62,160 nt of DNA, filler included, from Choristocarpus tenellus KU-1152 (GCA_964200185.2; 12 parts of 12 records of this genome joined end to end with filler, not necessarily neighbours in it), one strand, 5' to 3'; counted from the first letter of the whole stretch, positions 38,559 through 52,500 are shown. A program made the numbers and translations. The notes: generated by a model from the sequence alone, not told the origin.

Positions 38559-38658
38559 NNNNNNNNNNNNNNNNNNNNNNNNNNNNNNNNNNNNNNNNNN
38601 NNTTAATTAATTAANNNNNNNNNNNNNNNNNNNNNNNNNNNNNNNNNNNNNNNNNNNN
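38559..38658. other. Artificial contig linker
   Basis: N44-TTAATTAATTAA-N44. Confidence 0.98.
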
Positions 38659-38749
38659 GTGGTGTCTGCATTTCCTAATCTACTCCACCGATGGTGTCTA
38701 TAGTGTACCAGCAGCACTATCTACGAACACCCCGCTTGTTGGTCGCCAG

Positions 38750-40780
38750 ATGAAACCTTCTGCAGAAGTTGGGTCACCTCCCTCTTCCTCTCCTTGTAGT
38801 GGCGCTTGACCCAGAGCTCGTGCATACCGCACTTCTCGTATGCGAGCCTGTCCATTTATTTCCCTGGTAGCCTGTACACCCTTCACGTAACGTCCAAAAA
38901 AAAAATTGCAACAGTCAATAAGTGCGTGCCGAAAAATATGCGACAGTATATTTTACAATTGAGGGGTGCATGGCCACGTATGGGTGCACAGGAGATACGG
39001 AAAAGGAAAAAAGGAAGCTAACCGCTGTAACTTCCACCATTTACCAACCTTTGGAGCTCTGGTGTCCACTTCTCCTTGGGCACAATCTGCCTCGTGCGCG
39101 AGACAACCATAGCAGACATGTGCGCATCCGATTGCCCATGCATTAAATATTCATGGATCGATTGTCGTACTTCATTAAAGACAACAGCGCACATACACAG
39201 GAAACACACACTGTTCGTAGAATCTACACAATTCTACGAAGGGTTCTTCGTTCGACACAACAATGGCCGACAACATTCTTCATCGTAGGAGACACTTATT
39301 TCACATCAATGTCCAATGTGCTGCGACCTGCATACATTGTGCTTACTGCTGTCTACACGATAAAACACAGTGGCGGTTTGACTTGCCTAGCAAGCAGATG
39401 GATGCAAAGCCCCTGCTTGAGAGAAGTGAAACCGGCAAACTCGTCGCGAATGAGATAGGTCATTGTGACTGCGTAGCGGTCGACCTGTGGTGCCGAGGTC
39501 TCACACACTTCCTTCAGTACCTCGAAGGACTCTGGTTTAAGGGACTTTACACCTTTCTGCCAGTTTCGTACAGCTGACTTCGGCAGGGAAGTAACGCCCA
39601 CCTTCGCGATGGGCAGAAAAGATAAAATCATTCGCCCAGTCAGTCAGGATGAGACATCATTATTACTGCGCCAACGGGGTATGTATGAGTGGGGAGGGGT
39701 GTTATTCAGCGGCCTGGCCTAATGATAAAACTAAGGATATATTTATTGTTCGTCTGTGGTTAACCACACATACATACTACTATATGGTCACATCCATAAG
39801 TTGGTTGACAGGGTTCCTAAACGCGGGATAACTATATCAACTTAGGTTGAATAGGAAGACACAGAGGGATTTCACAACAGCTGTAACCCAACTAGAGGAG
39901 GAGTATAGCGCCACCATTCCACTAACATTGACAACTCCCTCACCTTTTGTACATGTTGCGGATCTCTAGTAGTGATACTTCTTTTTTCTTCGTCTGTCGC
40001 TTGATAGATTCTTGGAGCTCGTGCTGAAAATATATCTTATCGTACAGTGTGCGCTCAAACACACTCTCGGTCGCATCATTGAAAGCTATAAGAATGACGG
40101 TCCAGTAGGCGAATGGGACAAGGGTTAGGTGGGGAGCGGTCACGGGACACACGCGTCATGCAGTACTGAGCAACATGCTGCTGCGGACAGAAATACCACG
40201 AGGGATAAAAAAGATCAACAATGAAAAGATCCTCAATGGACTGACTGACGATGAACGAAGGTAAGGAAACTCGGCAACAACTTTGTACATCAGAACAGTC
40301 ATCAGGCGATCATGGAACAACGAAAACACTCCATCACCCACCGTTTGCAATTTTCCTCTCTTCTGCTTGGTTGAACTCCATGTAGACCCACATCATGAAA
40401 GCGCATTTGGAATCAAACTCTCTCTTCAGCACCGTTATTCTATGGTTTCCGTCCAGTGTACGTCCTCGAATGGTAAGCACAGTTTCGGCGGTGAGCTGGT
40501 CCCCATTACCTAAACAGTGTCGCTGGATTACGATAGACGGAGCAAACTGCTCCAGCCAGCCTTTCTCGTGGATGGACTTGCTGACCCGCGCAAGGCCACT
40601 CTCGCTCAGTGGACGCACCATCTCCGTGCATCTGATGTTGCCCAGTTTCATCCGGTACGTGCCCAGATAGTGATCTTGTAGGAGCAATGACATGCCCTTC
40701 AGATTGCTGTCCCACGTTCTCCATCCGTGGGCAGCACCATCGGCGGGCGGGTGGGTTGTTGTTGAGGGAACGCTGAGCAT
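38750..40780 (-). CDS. Intron-containing gene with N-terminal ParB/sulfiredoxin-like domain, partial (possibly frameshifted)
   Basis: Exon 40342-40780 VRPLSESGLARVSKSIHEKGW...LDGNHRITVL...WVYMEF splices in phase to 39944-40085 (AFNDATESVFERTLYDKI...). Further exons at ~39389-39601, ~39049-39086 and ~38758-38846. There is a one-base phase conflict between exons 2 and 3. Confidence 0.7.
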
Positions 40781-41356
40781 GGCGAAGATTGAGAGGGTAT
40801 GACGGGGATGATAAATAACAGGTCCGCGTGGTATGTACGAAAGGGAATGAATTGAAATGAGGACTGAGGGATGGGAGGTGCTGCTTCATTTCATCTGGTC
40901 GGTCTGTCTTCAAAACTCAGATTTGTCTTTCCCTTGAGAATTGTGTTACAATAAATACGAATATCGAACAGCATACGATTTCATACTGAAAAGAGACAGA
41001 GAGTAACTGTTTTTTTGTGACCTTTTCGTTTCGTACGTTTGAAGCATATTGGATCAATGAAGGATGTGGTTTGTAATTGTATTTGTTGATGTAAAGATTA
41101 GAATATCATTATTATTTCGTAAAAACCCTAACGAACGTGTTTTGGCTGTCCTTGAGTTTTGAAGAACCAAATGACTATTACTCAAAGAACCCCTTTTTGT
41201 CGTCTCTAGAGTTTTTAAGAATACTAAGGTCGCCAAAAAGCAGTTTTAGTATTTAAATAAATTGTGGGTACCAGTTGGAAGTGACCTTTTAGTTTATGGA
41301 AATTGGAAACGTTTGAGACCCATAAAGTGCGTGCTTGGTATTTTCAAAAATGGTAA

Positions 41357-41456
41357 NNNNNNNNNNNNNNNNNNNNNNNNNNNNNNNNNNNNNNNNNNNN
41401 TTAATTAATTAANNNNNNNNNNNNNNNNNNNNNNNNNNNNNNNNNNNNNNNNNNNN
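41357..41456. other. Artificial contig linker
   Basis: N44-TTAATTAATTAA-N44. Confidence 0.98.
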
Positions 41457-41579
41457 AGGAAAAAGGCAAAGTGATATGGTGGGGGGTTGTGTGTGGGGGG
41501 GTCGGGGGGGGGGGGGGGGGGGGGGGGGCATGCTTTTGAATCGACATATTATTTTATTTTTTGTTATCTTCTTACTTCT

Positions 41580-41867
41580 GGGTGAAATTATCTTGAGAGG
41601 GGTACGTACGAGTTTTTCCCTGTCTGTCCGTTTGTGGCTTTTGACTTTCCCGCGGGTTTTTTTAAGTGATATTTTCTTACTCCAAGAAAGTTTTTTTTGT
41701 GAGTGGGTAGGTAAAGTGCGTACGTTGTGAGAAGGGGTGTGTGTGTCCAGAACAAGGATACTGACATTTCCTGGACAAACGCGATGGCCAAGATTACGTC
41801 AAAATCGCAAAGTTGGATTTTGGTTCCTAAATGGACGTGGCCCTACCCTCCAAGATACTTTTGACCC
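41580..41867. mobile_element. MITE family C copy
   Basis: gggtgaaattatct ... aagatacttttgaccc termini; homologous to 47415-47680. Confidence 0.75.
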
Positions 41868-42132
41868 TTCTCCAGTATTTGTTTGTTGTTGGTGTGGGAC
41901 TGTTTCTGGTCTAGAAGAGAGAGAGGGGAATTCCATTCAATTCGGGAGGGGTGTGCACAGTACAAAAAAAAACACATACATTGTGCTTGTTTTTTTGTTT
42001 TTGTTTTTGTTTTTTTTTTCAAAAAGAGATACGTACAAACACGAGGCTTTTTTTGTCACTTTTTTTTCTTCTATACTCCAGAGTAAAATTGATGCTTGAA
42101 AGTAGCGAGAACGTCCCGTAATCTGGACTACT

Positions 42133-42164
<32 letters not shown>

Positions 42165-42335
42165 CTATCTCTTGGTGGGCATTGAAAGAGTACAAACTGC
42201 CGCAGCTTATACTAGACTCAAAACCTTTTCTAATCCCTAGCCTACCCACAACGCCTGCCCCTGCGCATGCATAAATTTTTCTAATCCGGTCGTTTTTCTT
42301 TTTTGCGGTCAAATTTTGACCGTCGACTGTCTCAG

Positions 42336-42641
42336 GAAAGAGCTCGCCACAAGGACTTGCAGGAGGGTATGCGTCTGACGTTGTTGAGAGGCATGTCCGC
42401 CATGAACATGGAGGCCATGAACGTGCTGGGGAGCTCCACCGGTGCTGGAGGGAAAGGCATCGAGGAAGCAGCGGCGGCAGGGGGCGGATATAGGGGAGGA
42501 TTTGAAGGGACTAGCAGGGCAATAACCATGGAAAATAAGGGGAGGGTTATCGGGGCAAGTGGGGCCGGTTCAGGAACTTCAGAAGAAAGTTCTTGGCCTG
42601 TCGCGCCTCCGACGCCTACGTCGCGATACTTGCATCGATGA
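42336..42641 (+). CDS. POC5: Terminal exon of a POC5-like centriolar protein
   Basis: ctcag|ERARHKDLQEGMRLTLLRGMSAMNMEAMNVL...* resembles the conserved POC5 centrin-associated motif MKKAFMRGVCALNLEAM. Confidence 0.7.
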   Translation, partial: ERARHKDLQEGMRLTLLRGMSAMNMEAMNVLGSSTGAGGKGIEEAAAAGGGYRGGFEGTSRAITMENKGRVIGASGAGSGTSEESSWPVAPPTPTSRYLHR

Positions 42642-43423
42642 ACGAAAAAAAAAAATGTGTGAAAACTGCCTGTCTGTGAGCATTTTTTGTTGTTGTTGTT
42701 GTTGTTGTTGTTGTGAGATTGTGAAAACTGATCTGCATCTTCTGTTTTGCTGAAAGGAGCTGGCTCTTAGCGAATCGAGAGACTCCTTAGGGTTAGGGTT
42801 GAGGAGCGCACAAGGGGGGTGGGTTGGGCGTTGGCTGGTGGGAAAAGAGGAGAGGGGGCAATAACTGCGTTTCGATCGGTCCAACTCTTCCGAAGCCTAC
42901 CGCCAAAGATAGAAGTAGCTGTGCAGGAGGGGAGCATGTGTCTTGCTGTAATTCCTGTTGTGGGCGGGTATGCGTGGTGCTGTTCCATAGTATATCCTGA
43001 GAAGGGTGTTTGTTGCGACTCTATATGCACGTTTGTTGATTTCGGTCGATTTTTTGTGTTGCCCTCTGGAAGATACACTTTTTGAATTCGGACGCGGCTG
43101 ATTTGAGGAATTCTGACAAGGTGTACCCCCAACTTCGAAAGAAGCACGATACGATTCATAACCCCCCCCTTGTGGACAGACAAGACCACACATGGCGGTA
43201 CTCCTACACAACAGCAATGGTATTTAGTGGTTTTGCTGTTAATAATCTACTATACTGAGTAGTTTATGCACTCGGGGTATGTAGTAATCCGTTCTGATTA
43301 ATTATTCGTAATCCTTACATTCAGTGAGCAAGTTCTTGGGATAATGTTATATGCTAATAATTGCATGGGAGATTGAGCAAGCGACAGATGCACACTGCCC
43401 CCAAAGAGATGAAAAACGTGTCG

Positions 43424-43625
43424 GAGTGATAGTATCTTAGAGGGTATGAGTTTTTCCCTGTTTTTCCCTGTTTGTCCATTTGGGGCTTGGCTTCCCTCGA
43501 GGTTTTTATGATATTTTCCTACTCCAAAATATTTCGGAGTAGGTAAAATGTATACATTATGAAAAGGTGGGTCCGTAACAAGGGTATTGACACTCCCTAA
43601 CAAACACGATAGACAAAAGTTCACC
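43424..43625. mobile_element. MITE family C, truncated copy
   Basis: gagtgatagtatcttagagggtatgagtttttccctg...cctactccaaaatatttcggagtagg. Confidence 0.75.
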
Positions 43626-44000
43626 ATACTATTGTGAGTTAACAATACAAAGAAACAATGTTACCTGGGGAGTACTAGTCTAATTGTTCTGCAAAGAAAT
43701 GTACTCTTTGAATCTTCCTCCTACCAACACCTCCTGAGATTTGGTAGTGCCTTGATAGGTGCTGCCACCAATAGCACCTTATAGAACGCAAACTTTCACA
43801 CAACCAGGTGGAGTTTTTTCAGTATGGAATGTGACAATGGAAAGTCGACAAACTTTCTGCAATCTAAAGTATTGAATCTAAGGCTGTGTCATGAACCTGG
43901 GCTGAACAGGTGGTACAACAGTGCCCCCCTGAGCGGATGGGTAGGTGCCTTTTGTTGAAGCCAAATCCCCTCCTAACTTTTCGCTCTATGTTGACCCTTT

Positions 44001-44226
44001 TGAGTACTTGGCGTCATACTTGTGACAACCGCCTCTCCTCTAGCCATCACAGCAAGTACAGACCATTCAGGTTCATCAGAGCAGAAACCAGGGCCGCACC
44101 ATGAGTCTAAGAGGTCTGTTCAGTACTTGGTGTCATAATCGTAACAACCACTTCTCCTCTAGCCATCACAGCAAGCACGGGCCGGCGGTCATCAGAGCAG
44201 AACCAAGGCCGGACCATGAGTCTAAT
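44001..44226. repeat. Diverged tandem duplication (~110-120 bp x2)
   Basis: agtacttgg...ctcctctagccatcacagcaag...catcagagcagaa...ccatgagtctaa occurs twice. Confidence 0.85.
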
Positions 44227-44511
44227 GGGGGGTGTAGGTGCCTTACATCGTACTTGTCCATCGCTTCTCATCCCTCCAGCGATTACCTTACCACCTGCAC
44301 ACCTAGCTCAAGGCATCTACTGAGTGCTGGAAGATACACAGTAATTGGCTTTTAGGAAGTTGAACAGTTATCAACGTTTCAGACTTTCTAGAGGAAATTC
44401 TTTGAAATCCTTGGTTTTGAGTTAACTGCAAATATATATGGAGGCACACCCTGGTAAGTTGAAAGCTAAGAGAATAGTGAGAATATTCTGTCGGGCTAAA
44501 AGTATCTGGGG

Positions 44512-44611
44512 NNNNNNNNNNNNNNNNNNNNNNNNNNNNNNNNNNNNNNNNNNNNTTAATTAATTAANNNNNNNNNNNNNNNNNNNNNNNNNNNNNNNNN
44601 NNNNNNNNNNN
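44512..44611. other. Artificial contig linker
   Basis: N44-TTAATTAATTAA-N44. Confidence 0.98.
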
Positions 44612-44631
44612 TTTTTGTTTTTTTTTTTTGG

Positions 44632-44687
<56 letters not shown>

Positions 44688-45415
44688 AGAGTGCATGCTC
44701 TACTCCTTTTTTTCCTTTTTTTCCTTTTCTTTTCTTTTTTGGTTGTAATCTGAGAAATGGACCCTGGCAACGTTGAGGAATTGAAGGGCTTGAACCTAAT
44801 GGGTCTGATTGCCAAAATGATGCAATAGACCTGGCAATCCTCTTGTGTGGTAGTGAGAGCGGTCAATGTACAGTCTGTACCTCCTTATGTCATTGCTGTA
44901 TGGGGTTGGGTGTACTACATAGGGTTAGGGGTAGATATAGATTCTGATATAGGGGAGAGCTTTTCTGCTGCTGGTTTCTGGCTGAGTTGATCTCGTTCCT
45001 CTGGTAGTGCTAAGGCCTAGAGTTGAGGTTTGACATGTTCTTTTCACCTTTGCTGTTACCCTATTTGTGGATCACACCAAAGGTGGTGAGAGCAGTCCGA
45101 AATTGCAGTATTAAGATACTGTAACCCTACATTACTTGAGAGTGTCTTTGATCTTCGCTTGAATCCCCTTGTTGATTCATGTACTTACCTTCTGTTCATT
45201 TTTTTTTTTTAAAGGTGGTTCCTCTAGAGGGTCTGCAACTGCTGTCCTAGTACAGTATGGCACAGATTGTCCTGGGTCTGCAATACTTGGTATGTTCCAC
45301 TGAACCAATGACTCCAACTTTGAGGTACATTCTTTGTAAATATATGTATATATACATAATCTGAATCAGCTTGTGCTTGCTTGAACCGCCCTTGCCTTTT
45401 GATTGTTGTGGTCAG

Positions 45416-46305
45416 GTGACAGCTGAAACAGAGCTGAGCTTTGAGTATCAGGTACGCCCACGTGCTGAGAGGCAGTCTCTTGGCCTTGGGAAGGATCTGT
45501 CCCTCAGTGGCACACCGGGGAGCACTAGTAACAGCAGTGGCCAAAAGGGTCCACCAAGCGGCGAGGGAGGATTTTTGCCCTTCCAGGTAAGATTTGTCTA
45601 AAGAAGTAATGATGGACTAGTATTTTTTTTATAGTGCGGGTAAGTGTGTACTTTGATGTACTTTGATGTACTTTGATGTATAACAAAGGGCGATATTCAA
45701 GAACTAGCCCTGGAAATGCCTGTCGTTTTCTCAGCTTGAGAGAGTAGTAGGTGACGATGGAGTTCCTTGTACTTGAGAAGTTTTTTACTTGGCACGTTTA
45801 TTTTTTTTTGCAAATTATGTTTTTTGTTTTCACATTGAAAGATCTTAGGTGAGGTTTGCCTTCGTCTTGCTCAGCCTGTGTAGAGTACTTTGTGCTGTGG
45901 GCTGGAGTATCAAATTATATATATATATATATATATATCTGGCTCAAAGTGTTGGCATTGCCTCCTCCTGCGAGTTGTATTGGCAGTCCTTAGAGGTGGA
46001 CGACTGACAGACAGTGCTGTCTGTCATCTTCAGTGTGTGAATGTTGCAGTAAGTGCTTTGAGGTGAAGGTTGGACATGTGGGGGTGGGTCTACCATCACA
46101 CCTCTATGTTGGGTAGGCTGTTGAGGGTATACCCTAGGCTGTAAAACTCACTCTGTTTATAGCCCTAGAGAGTTTTGGGGCGTCGGTTGTTGGGTGAGGT
46201 GGATGGGTGGACTACCCCAATCCCTCGTAAGGTAGGTAGGCTCTTGACTATTGAGGGTATACCCCATTTATAGTGCTAACCCTCAGCTCTGTGTCTTCAA
46301 TGACT

Positions 46306-46339
<34 letters not shown>

Positions 46340-48861
46340 GACAAGCCCTTCCTTCCATCCTCTGAACTCAGGTCCAGATCACATACACTCGTCTTGATGG
46401 TTCAAAGTGTGTCCGAGTCATCACGCGCACACAGGAGATCACTAAGAGCAGGCGTGTTTCTGAGGGCTCTATGGAGGTGAGGGTCAGGAAATTAATTGTT
46501 GGGGGCTTGGTAACAGGTGTTGTCTGTTGAGGGTGTGATGGCAAAGGGGTAAGGGGATGCGTGACCCCAAGTTGGGTCCGTATTTGATTTCAGGGTCAGT
46601 CGTCGGCTTGGGCCCATGGATATTTCCCTCTAAATGCACCTTATTGTGAAGGGGGCTACGTCGAAGAGGGTCGTCGCACATCCCAAAAAATATTTCTGGA
46701 GGTTATTGTTTCTTTTTCTTTTGAGGCCGAGCGAGATCTATGGTTCGTTCTTCACCTCTGTCCAGCCTTAATTCTGGACAAGGGTAACCCGATTTTTTTT
46801 CTTATTTTCTTCCCCTATCTGTACTCCCGAGCCCTGGGCGTTGTCCTTGTCCCTGCTCGATGGCATCTACCTTCAAGATGTGACGGGTATTTGCTGTTAC
46901 TTCAATATCCGCATAGTCACAAACACACTACCATTGCGCTTCCTTGTCTCCCTGATGCTGAAGATGTCGGTAGTGGCTGGTCATGCATCTCAGCAGGCGG
47001 GGATGCTAGCAAGGAGGGGTGCCTACCACAACTCTAAAGTTTCTATGCGTGCCTACAGTCAGCTCATGGGGCGCAATGCCACTACTCCAGTATTGCAAAA
47101 CCAGGTTGGAAGTTCCCTCCCCACTACCCCCTTGGCACCATGATGTCTCCTGACATTGTTGCCACATTCTTGCTTTATATGCCTGTCTCTCTGAAGGCGT
47201 TACACTGTGACTTGGCAGCCCTGTCACTGTCTAGCTTTTTAATCACTGGCCCAGCACACAGTGCTGTTCTGGCCCAGTGTGATTCGTTGAACGATTCACA
47301 CCTCGAGATGCTGCTGTGTTCATGGTTTGTTTTCCTGAAAGTTTTGAGAAGTGCGAATTGAATGAGTGTGTAAGATGTACTCTGAGGGTGTTGCATATTG
47401 AGTTGAATTAGTTAGAGTGAAAGTATCATAGAGGGTACGAGTTTTTCCCTGTTTATCCTTTTGGGGATTGGCTTCCCATTTTTTTTTAACATGACATTTT
47501 ACCTACTCCAAAATGTTTCGGAGTAGGTAAAATGTGTACGTTATGAAAAGGTGTATCTGTAACAAGGATATTGACATCTCCTAACAAACTCGATAGCCAA
47601 AATTACATCAAAATTGCAACATTGGGTTTTGGACCTCAAATGAACGTGGGCTCTACCCTAACCCTAAGATACTTTGACTCTTGGCGGTTACCACTTTCTG
47701 CCTGCTGGTTGAATTCAGAAGTTTTTTATGGTTGCTCTGTGTGAAGCTTCATGGCGTCCAATTATAATAACAGATTTTGGATTCACTGACGGAATGGTTT
47801 CTTTGAGTTCTCTTCAGTATTTTGTGAGATCCAGGAAATCTTTGTACATTTGTCTTCATCCTTGATTCATGCAGCTTCTGTGGAGTGCGATTTTGAAGTG
47901 TGGACTAGGCTTTTCTTAGGGGCAAGCTCTGTTTTGCCTTACCTTTTTGTGGGTGCCTCTCACCGATGAGGGTTTCTTTTCTTTTCTTTTTTTTTGCTTG
48001 TCACCGTCATTTTTTTTGTTTTGTTCAAATGGCAAGCGCAACACCTCCACCGAATGCCTCCTGCCACACAAGTGAATAATATTATATATATATGTATATT
48101 ATATGTATATTATATGTATATATGTATATTATATGTACATATGCTTGATTGACGATCTTTCGATTTATCTGTAAGATCTTTAGAATCAAATGCTCCATTG
48201 TTTCCATGACATCTGTTTTTCAAGGCGCAAAGTGCCAGAGGTTCACAGGCACTGATGTATATCGTGTCTCATGATGTGAGAGTAGATTCGGTTCATCCTG
48301 TAGTGTCCACTACTATATTGGGCCCCTGCAAGACAACGACACCCTGCAACCCCGCCCCCCTCATCCCAGGTGGATGCATATAGCACCTATTTGCAAGACC
48401 TTGACCAGGCAGTAAGCATGGCACAGATGCAAGAACAGTCACCGCAGGTCAACAGCAATATGGGCGGACCACCGCCGCCGGGCGCCCCCTTGGGGCCTGT
48501 CCCTACCCAAGGTGCTATGGTTGGGTCCCCACTCTTCCTTCCGGGTGGGGTAACTGGTGGGACTGGTGCTGATATTTGGGGGAGCTCAGGTATCAACACG
48601 AGCGGCCCGGGAGGGGGGACTTGGGGTCCACATGTTCAATCAACTGCTGGAGAAGAGGTAGGCACGATGAGATGGTGGGAGGCAAGGGGGGCTTTGAACG
48701 ATTTGAGTCGCAGTTGTGGGGGAGCAAGGGGACAAGGCAAGGGAGTTTGTTTGGTTTGGTTTGTTTTTGTTTTTATTTTTATTTTTGTTTTGTTTTTTCA
48801 ATGTTTGTTGTGGTTCCACGGTTTGCAAGATTGGTCACCTTTTCCTTGTATTGAACCTTAC

Positions 48862-48892
<31 letters not shown>

Positions 48893-49447
48893 AATAATAA
48901 TAATAATAATAATGTACAATTCCCGTAGATGAAGAGGAACATTGCTCCTTTTTGGTTTTTTATTGTTGTTAAGTACAAGATCCTGTGTTGGTACTTGGTG
49001 CTTGGTACTTGGTACTTGGTACTTGTGTTCTCTGTTCCGATGGTACACTTCGTGTGTCACCAGGGTTCGTCAGGAAATTTTTGAGCCTGACCCAGTACAC
49101 CTGTGCCCCCAGCCCTCCCAGCCAGAAATAGATGTCTCTACTGCTGTCCTCAACGCTTCTTTTGGTCGAGGCTCTCTTTGCCTACTTGAGAGGTTTAACC
49201 CTGGTCCTGACCCTCTCCCTCCCACCACCACCAACCACTGGCCCTGCCCCAATCGATGAAGGAGGCCGGAAGCGAGGATGATGAGGAAGGCAAGTCCACC
49301 ACACAGATCTCACGGCGCCACAAGGAGCGCAAGGTTGCTCGATCTTTGAACGACAACCTCTCCGTGGCCTACCGCTTTGCCAGCAGGGGCTCCTCCAAGA
49401 CGTTTTCACCTGCGTTGCCCGAGCATGTTAGGGAGGGGAACAAGTGA
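45416..49447 (+). CDS. Circularly permutated Ras protein 1-like / Sec23-24-related protein, 3' part
   Basis: Phase-0 exons 45416-45586, 46372-46476, 46964-47104, 48370-48657, 49262-49447: VTAETELSFEY...LPFQ|VQITYTRLDGSKCVRVIT...|...ASQQAGMLARRGAY...LMGR...stop. Confidence 0.8.
47415..47680. mobile_element. MITE family C, complete intronic copy
   Basis: TIRs gagtgaaagtatc / gatactttgactc; internal hairpin acctactcc-aaaatgtttc-ggagtaggt. Confidence 0.8.
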
Positions 49448-49497
49448 AGCAAGGGTAGTTAGTGCTCTACAAGATGAATGGTGTAATTTTATTTTTA

Positions 49498-49559
<62 letters not shown>

Positions 49560-52500
49560 TTTCTTTTTTTTTTCCTGCCTCGGTGTTGTACGTGGCCAAG
49601 CAAGGAAGGGGAAAACTTACATTGCTCAAGGTCATGGGAGAAGTTCAGGGCGGGGGGGGAGGTGGGGGCAACAGTGTATTGCCGAGTTTGCTGTTGAAGA
49701 TATTTGGCATAGCTTGTGATGGGAATGCAGGCACCTTGTTTGGTGTGTGGGGCAGGTGTTGCCATTGCTGGGCTGAAGACTCACCGCTGTTGACTTTGTT
49801 TGTATCACGTGGGTTGTTGATCGTGAATTCAGGGTGTGTAATATTTTGTGTGTAGGTTAACTGAACTATTTGATTGCTCTTGAAAGTGTGATAGATATCT
49901 ATTGGCATGTTTTGACTGTGGGACGAGGGCAGTACCTTTTTCCTGCTCCTGCAATGAGATGAAAGCACTTTATATATATATATACTTGGTAGAAAGGCCG
50001 TTGTAGAGGTAGGAGGTAGACTTCACCTATTGCTGATGCATTTTCTCCTTGAGGTTGTCGAGGTGTGTGGGGTGCTAGTGTGCAAGGGTTTGCTTGAAGC
50101 ATGGCGGTGGTATGTCAAGAAGAAATCAACATACCAATAGTCTGACTGACAGGGAGAACCAGTGTACTTGAGGTAGGGGTTTGGTACCAGCTCCTGACTC
50201 CATCCGATGGCCTCGGGCAACCAGTGAGCCGCTCTGGGAAATGTTGCGTAGACAAAGTGTCTGGACAGTTTTGACTGCAGCTTTGGTTACAGCTGCAGTG
50301 GGGACAACTGCGTTATGGCGAGTCCCCACTGTGTTACCTGTTTAAGAAAACGTTTTGAGTGTGGGTGCTCTAAGTTTATATTTGTATTATGTGTAGATGT
50401 ACATGAAAGTGGCCAATGTGAGTAGCGAACAAAGGGAATAATCAACATACAATGGAAGATTCATGTGATGATATATTGGTAGAAAGTAAGACGTGTGACT
50501 TGCAAGTCCATTAAGAGTAGATAATGTGGAATGGAGGCTAAAATGTGTGTGAAAATATACTGAGGACTCTGGTGGAGGGGCTGTGGATGCTGACGGCATC
50601 TCACTGTGCTACTCTGTCTGCATCATTTATGAAGTTTTCTTGGAGTACAACTGTTGAAGACGTATGTCATGACTCACGAATCTAGGTGATATTGACATGT
50701 TTTGTTGCGAGGGCATGTCCTTAGAATTGCACTAGCAGCAAGCTATGTGTCTTTTGCAGCAGTGTGTGCAATGGGGCATTGAAGGGTGTGTAAACCGCCT
50801 GTTGCTACAGGGAACAGTCATGATGATATTGTTGTAGAGATGGCAGAGAAGCAAAAGAAGTGAAAGGCTGAACTATTCTTCATAGTATAGTAAAATAGTC
50901 ACTAGTAATTGAACTGTCTAGGAGAATATAAAGATGTGGACTATCTATCATGTGTTACTTGCAATTGACTTCTAACCCACTGTTCATTCAGATATATATA
51001 TATATATATATATATGTTGCGTTTCTTGGCACTGCCATCTCCATGGTCATGGCACTGCTTGCCCAAAGACGCCCACTGTGATAGAAAAGAGATTTGTAAT
51101 CAACTTGACATTATTCCTTCATGGCACTTAATGAAACACTGAGAAGGGAGAAGGGTGTATCAGAGTAGCTAAAAAGGACTAGGGAATAATCACAACTGCT
51201 ATGTATGGTGGCATTTTTCTGTTCGTAAAACCTAAAACCTATCCCTTGAATCAGCTTTTGTATGTGATGGCGCAACTTTTGACAACTATTGATATTTGTA
51301 CTAGCAAGCATCCTTCCACATCACTGGTAAAGTGCACAGAGTTCCCTGTTTTGATTTCGCGAATTCGCCCCCCCTTACGCCAGACTTCTTTTTCAGGAAA
51401 ATCTGGCGTCGATTATCAGAACTCTACATGGCAAACACTATGGATAGTACATCTCTGCCATCCTTTTTGTGGCTGTATGACGAAAAGATGGGAACTCCCA
51501 AAAAGAGTCGAAACACTTCATTACGGAGCAACACCAGGATAAGCAACAGGAAGCTCGGGGGAGGAGGAGTGACGACCAGTGGGATGGTCGAGAAGCAAGG
51601 CATGAATGGAGGCAGTGCAGTTAGTGGTGTAGTGTAACAGTTAGAGCCCTAGGTAATACGAGAAGTAGTGCAGTAGTGGGTAGAACCTTTGATCATTGTC
51701 CAGGACAGTCACCATTCTAAAGTGAATAATAATTACATCATACGAACAATAATACTATTTTTGGTAAATCGAATATTCTCGTGTTGGGGTAATTTTTACT
51801 ACTTCATAATAACGCTCAACTTAAAATGACTTTCAAAGGAGGTACGATATCATAGTACTATATATCAAATCAAGGGCACGCCGACAGAGAATACAGACCA
51901 GATTTATTACGACTAGTTTATTAGTTTATAGTACCAAGTACAAACTAGAAATGTCCAAGATGAGGAGTATGCGAATCGGTGACACATATTATTCAATACA
52001 TGTATAAAATAAATCGTGGCCAGTTGATCTTCTGTCAAGCAAATTGATGCACTACTTCGTGCCATTTTGACCGTAAGAGATTAAAAGCGAATGCACAAGC
52101 TACTACAGCAGCAGACCTCTGCAGTGTTTTGTAGTACAGACAGTAGTTCACACCACTTTTTTGAAGTATTTGTTCATGTACACTTATTTGCTGCACAAAT
52201 TGTGTCAAATGAGCTTTGTCATTCAACACGATACTCCTTGGGAGTCAACTCAAACATTCATTGTAACACACATGCTATTAATAAAAACTACTTTCACGAA
52301 AACCTTGAGCAGTGGAGTGAGGTCAGATGATTTCCTTCCCTGGTGCAAAACCAAAGACCGGAGTGGCAAAGAAGACCAGTTCCACCCTTCCTCAAACAGA
52401 CCAATATATTGCAATCTAACCTTGGACTCGCAAGTACAACTGGGCATTCACTTCAAAAAACTATCCTGGAGAGGCTCTCTGGACCAAAATGTCTACTCAC

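Noticed and set aside
40334-40780. Sulfiredoxin or a bacterial ParB contaminant
   Set aside because: The motif is DGNHR with no Srx catalytic Cys, and the ORF continues through canonical spliceosomal introns.
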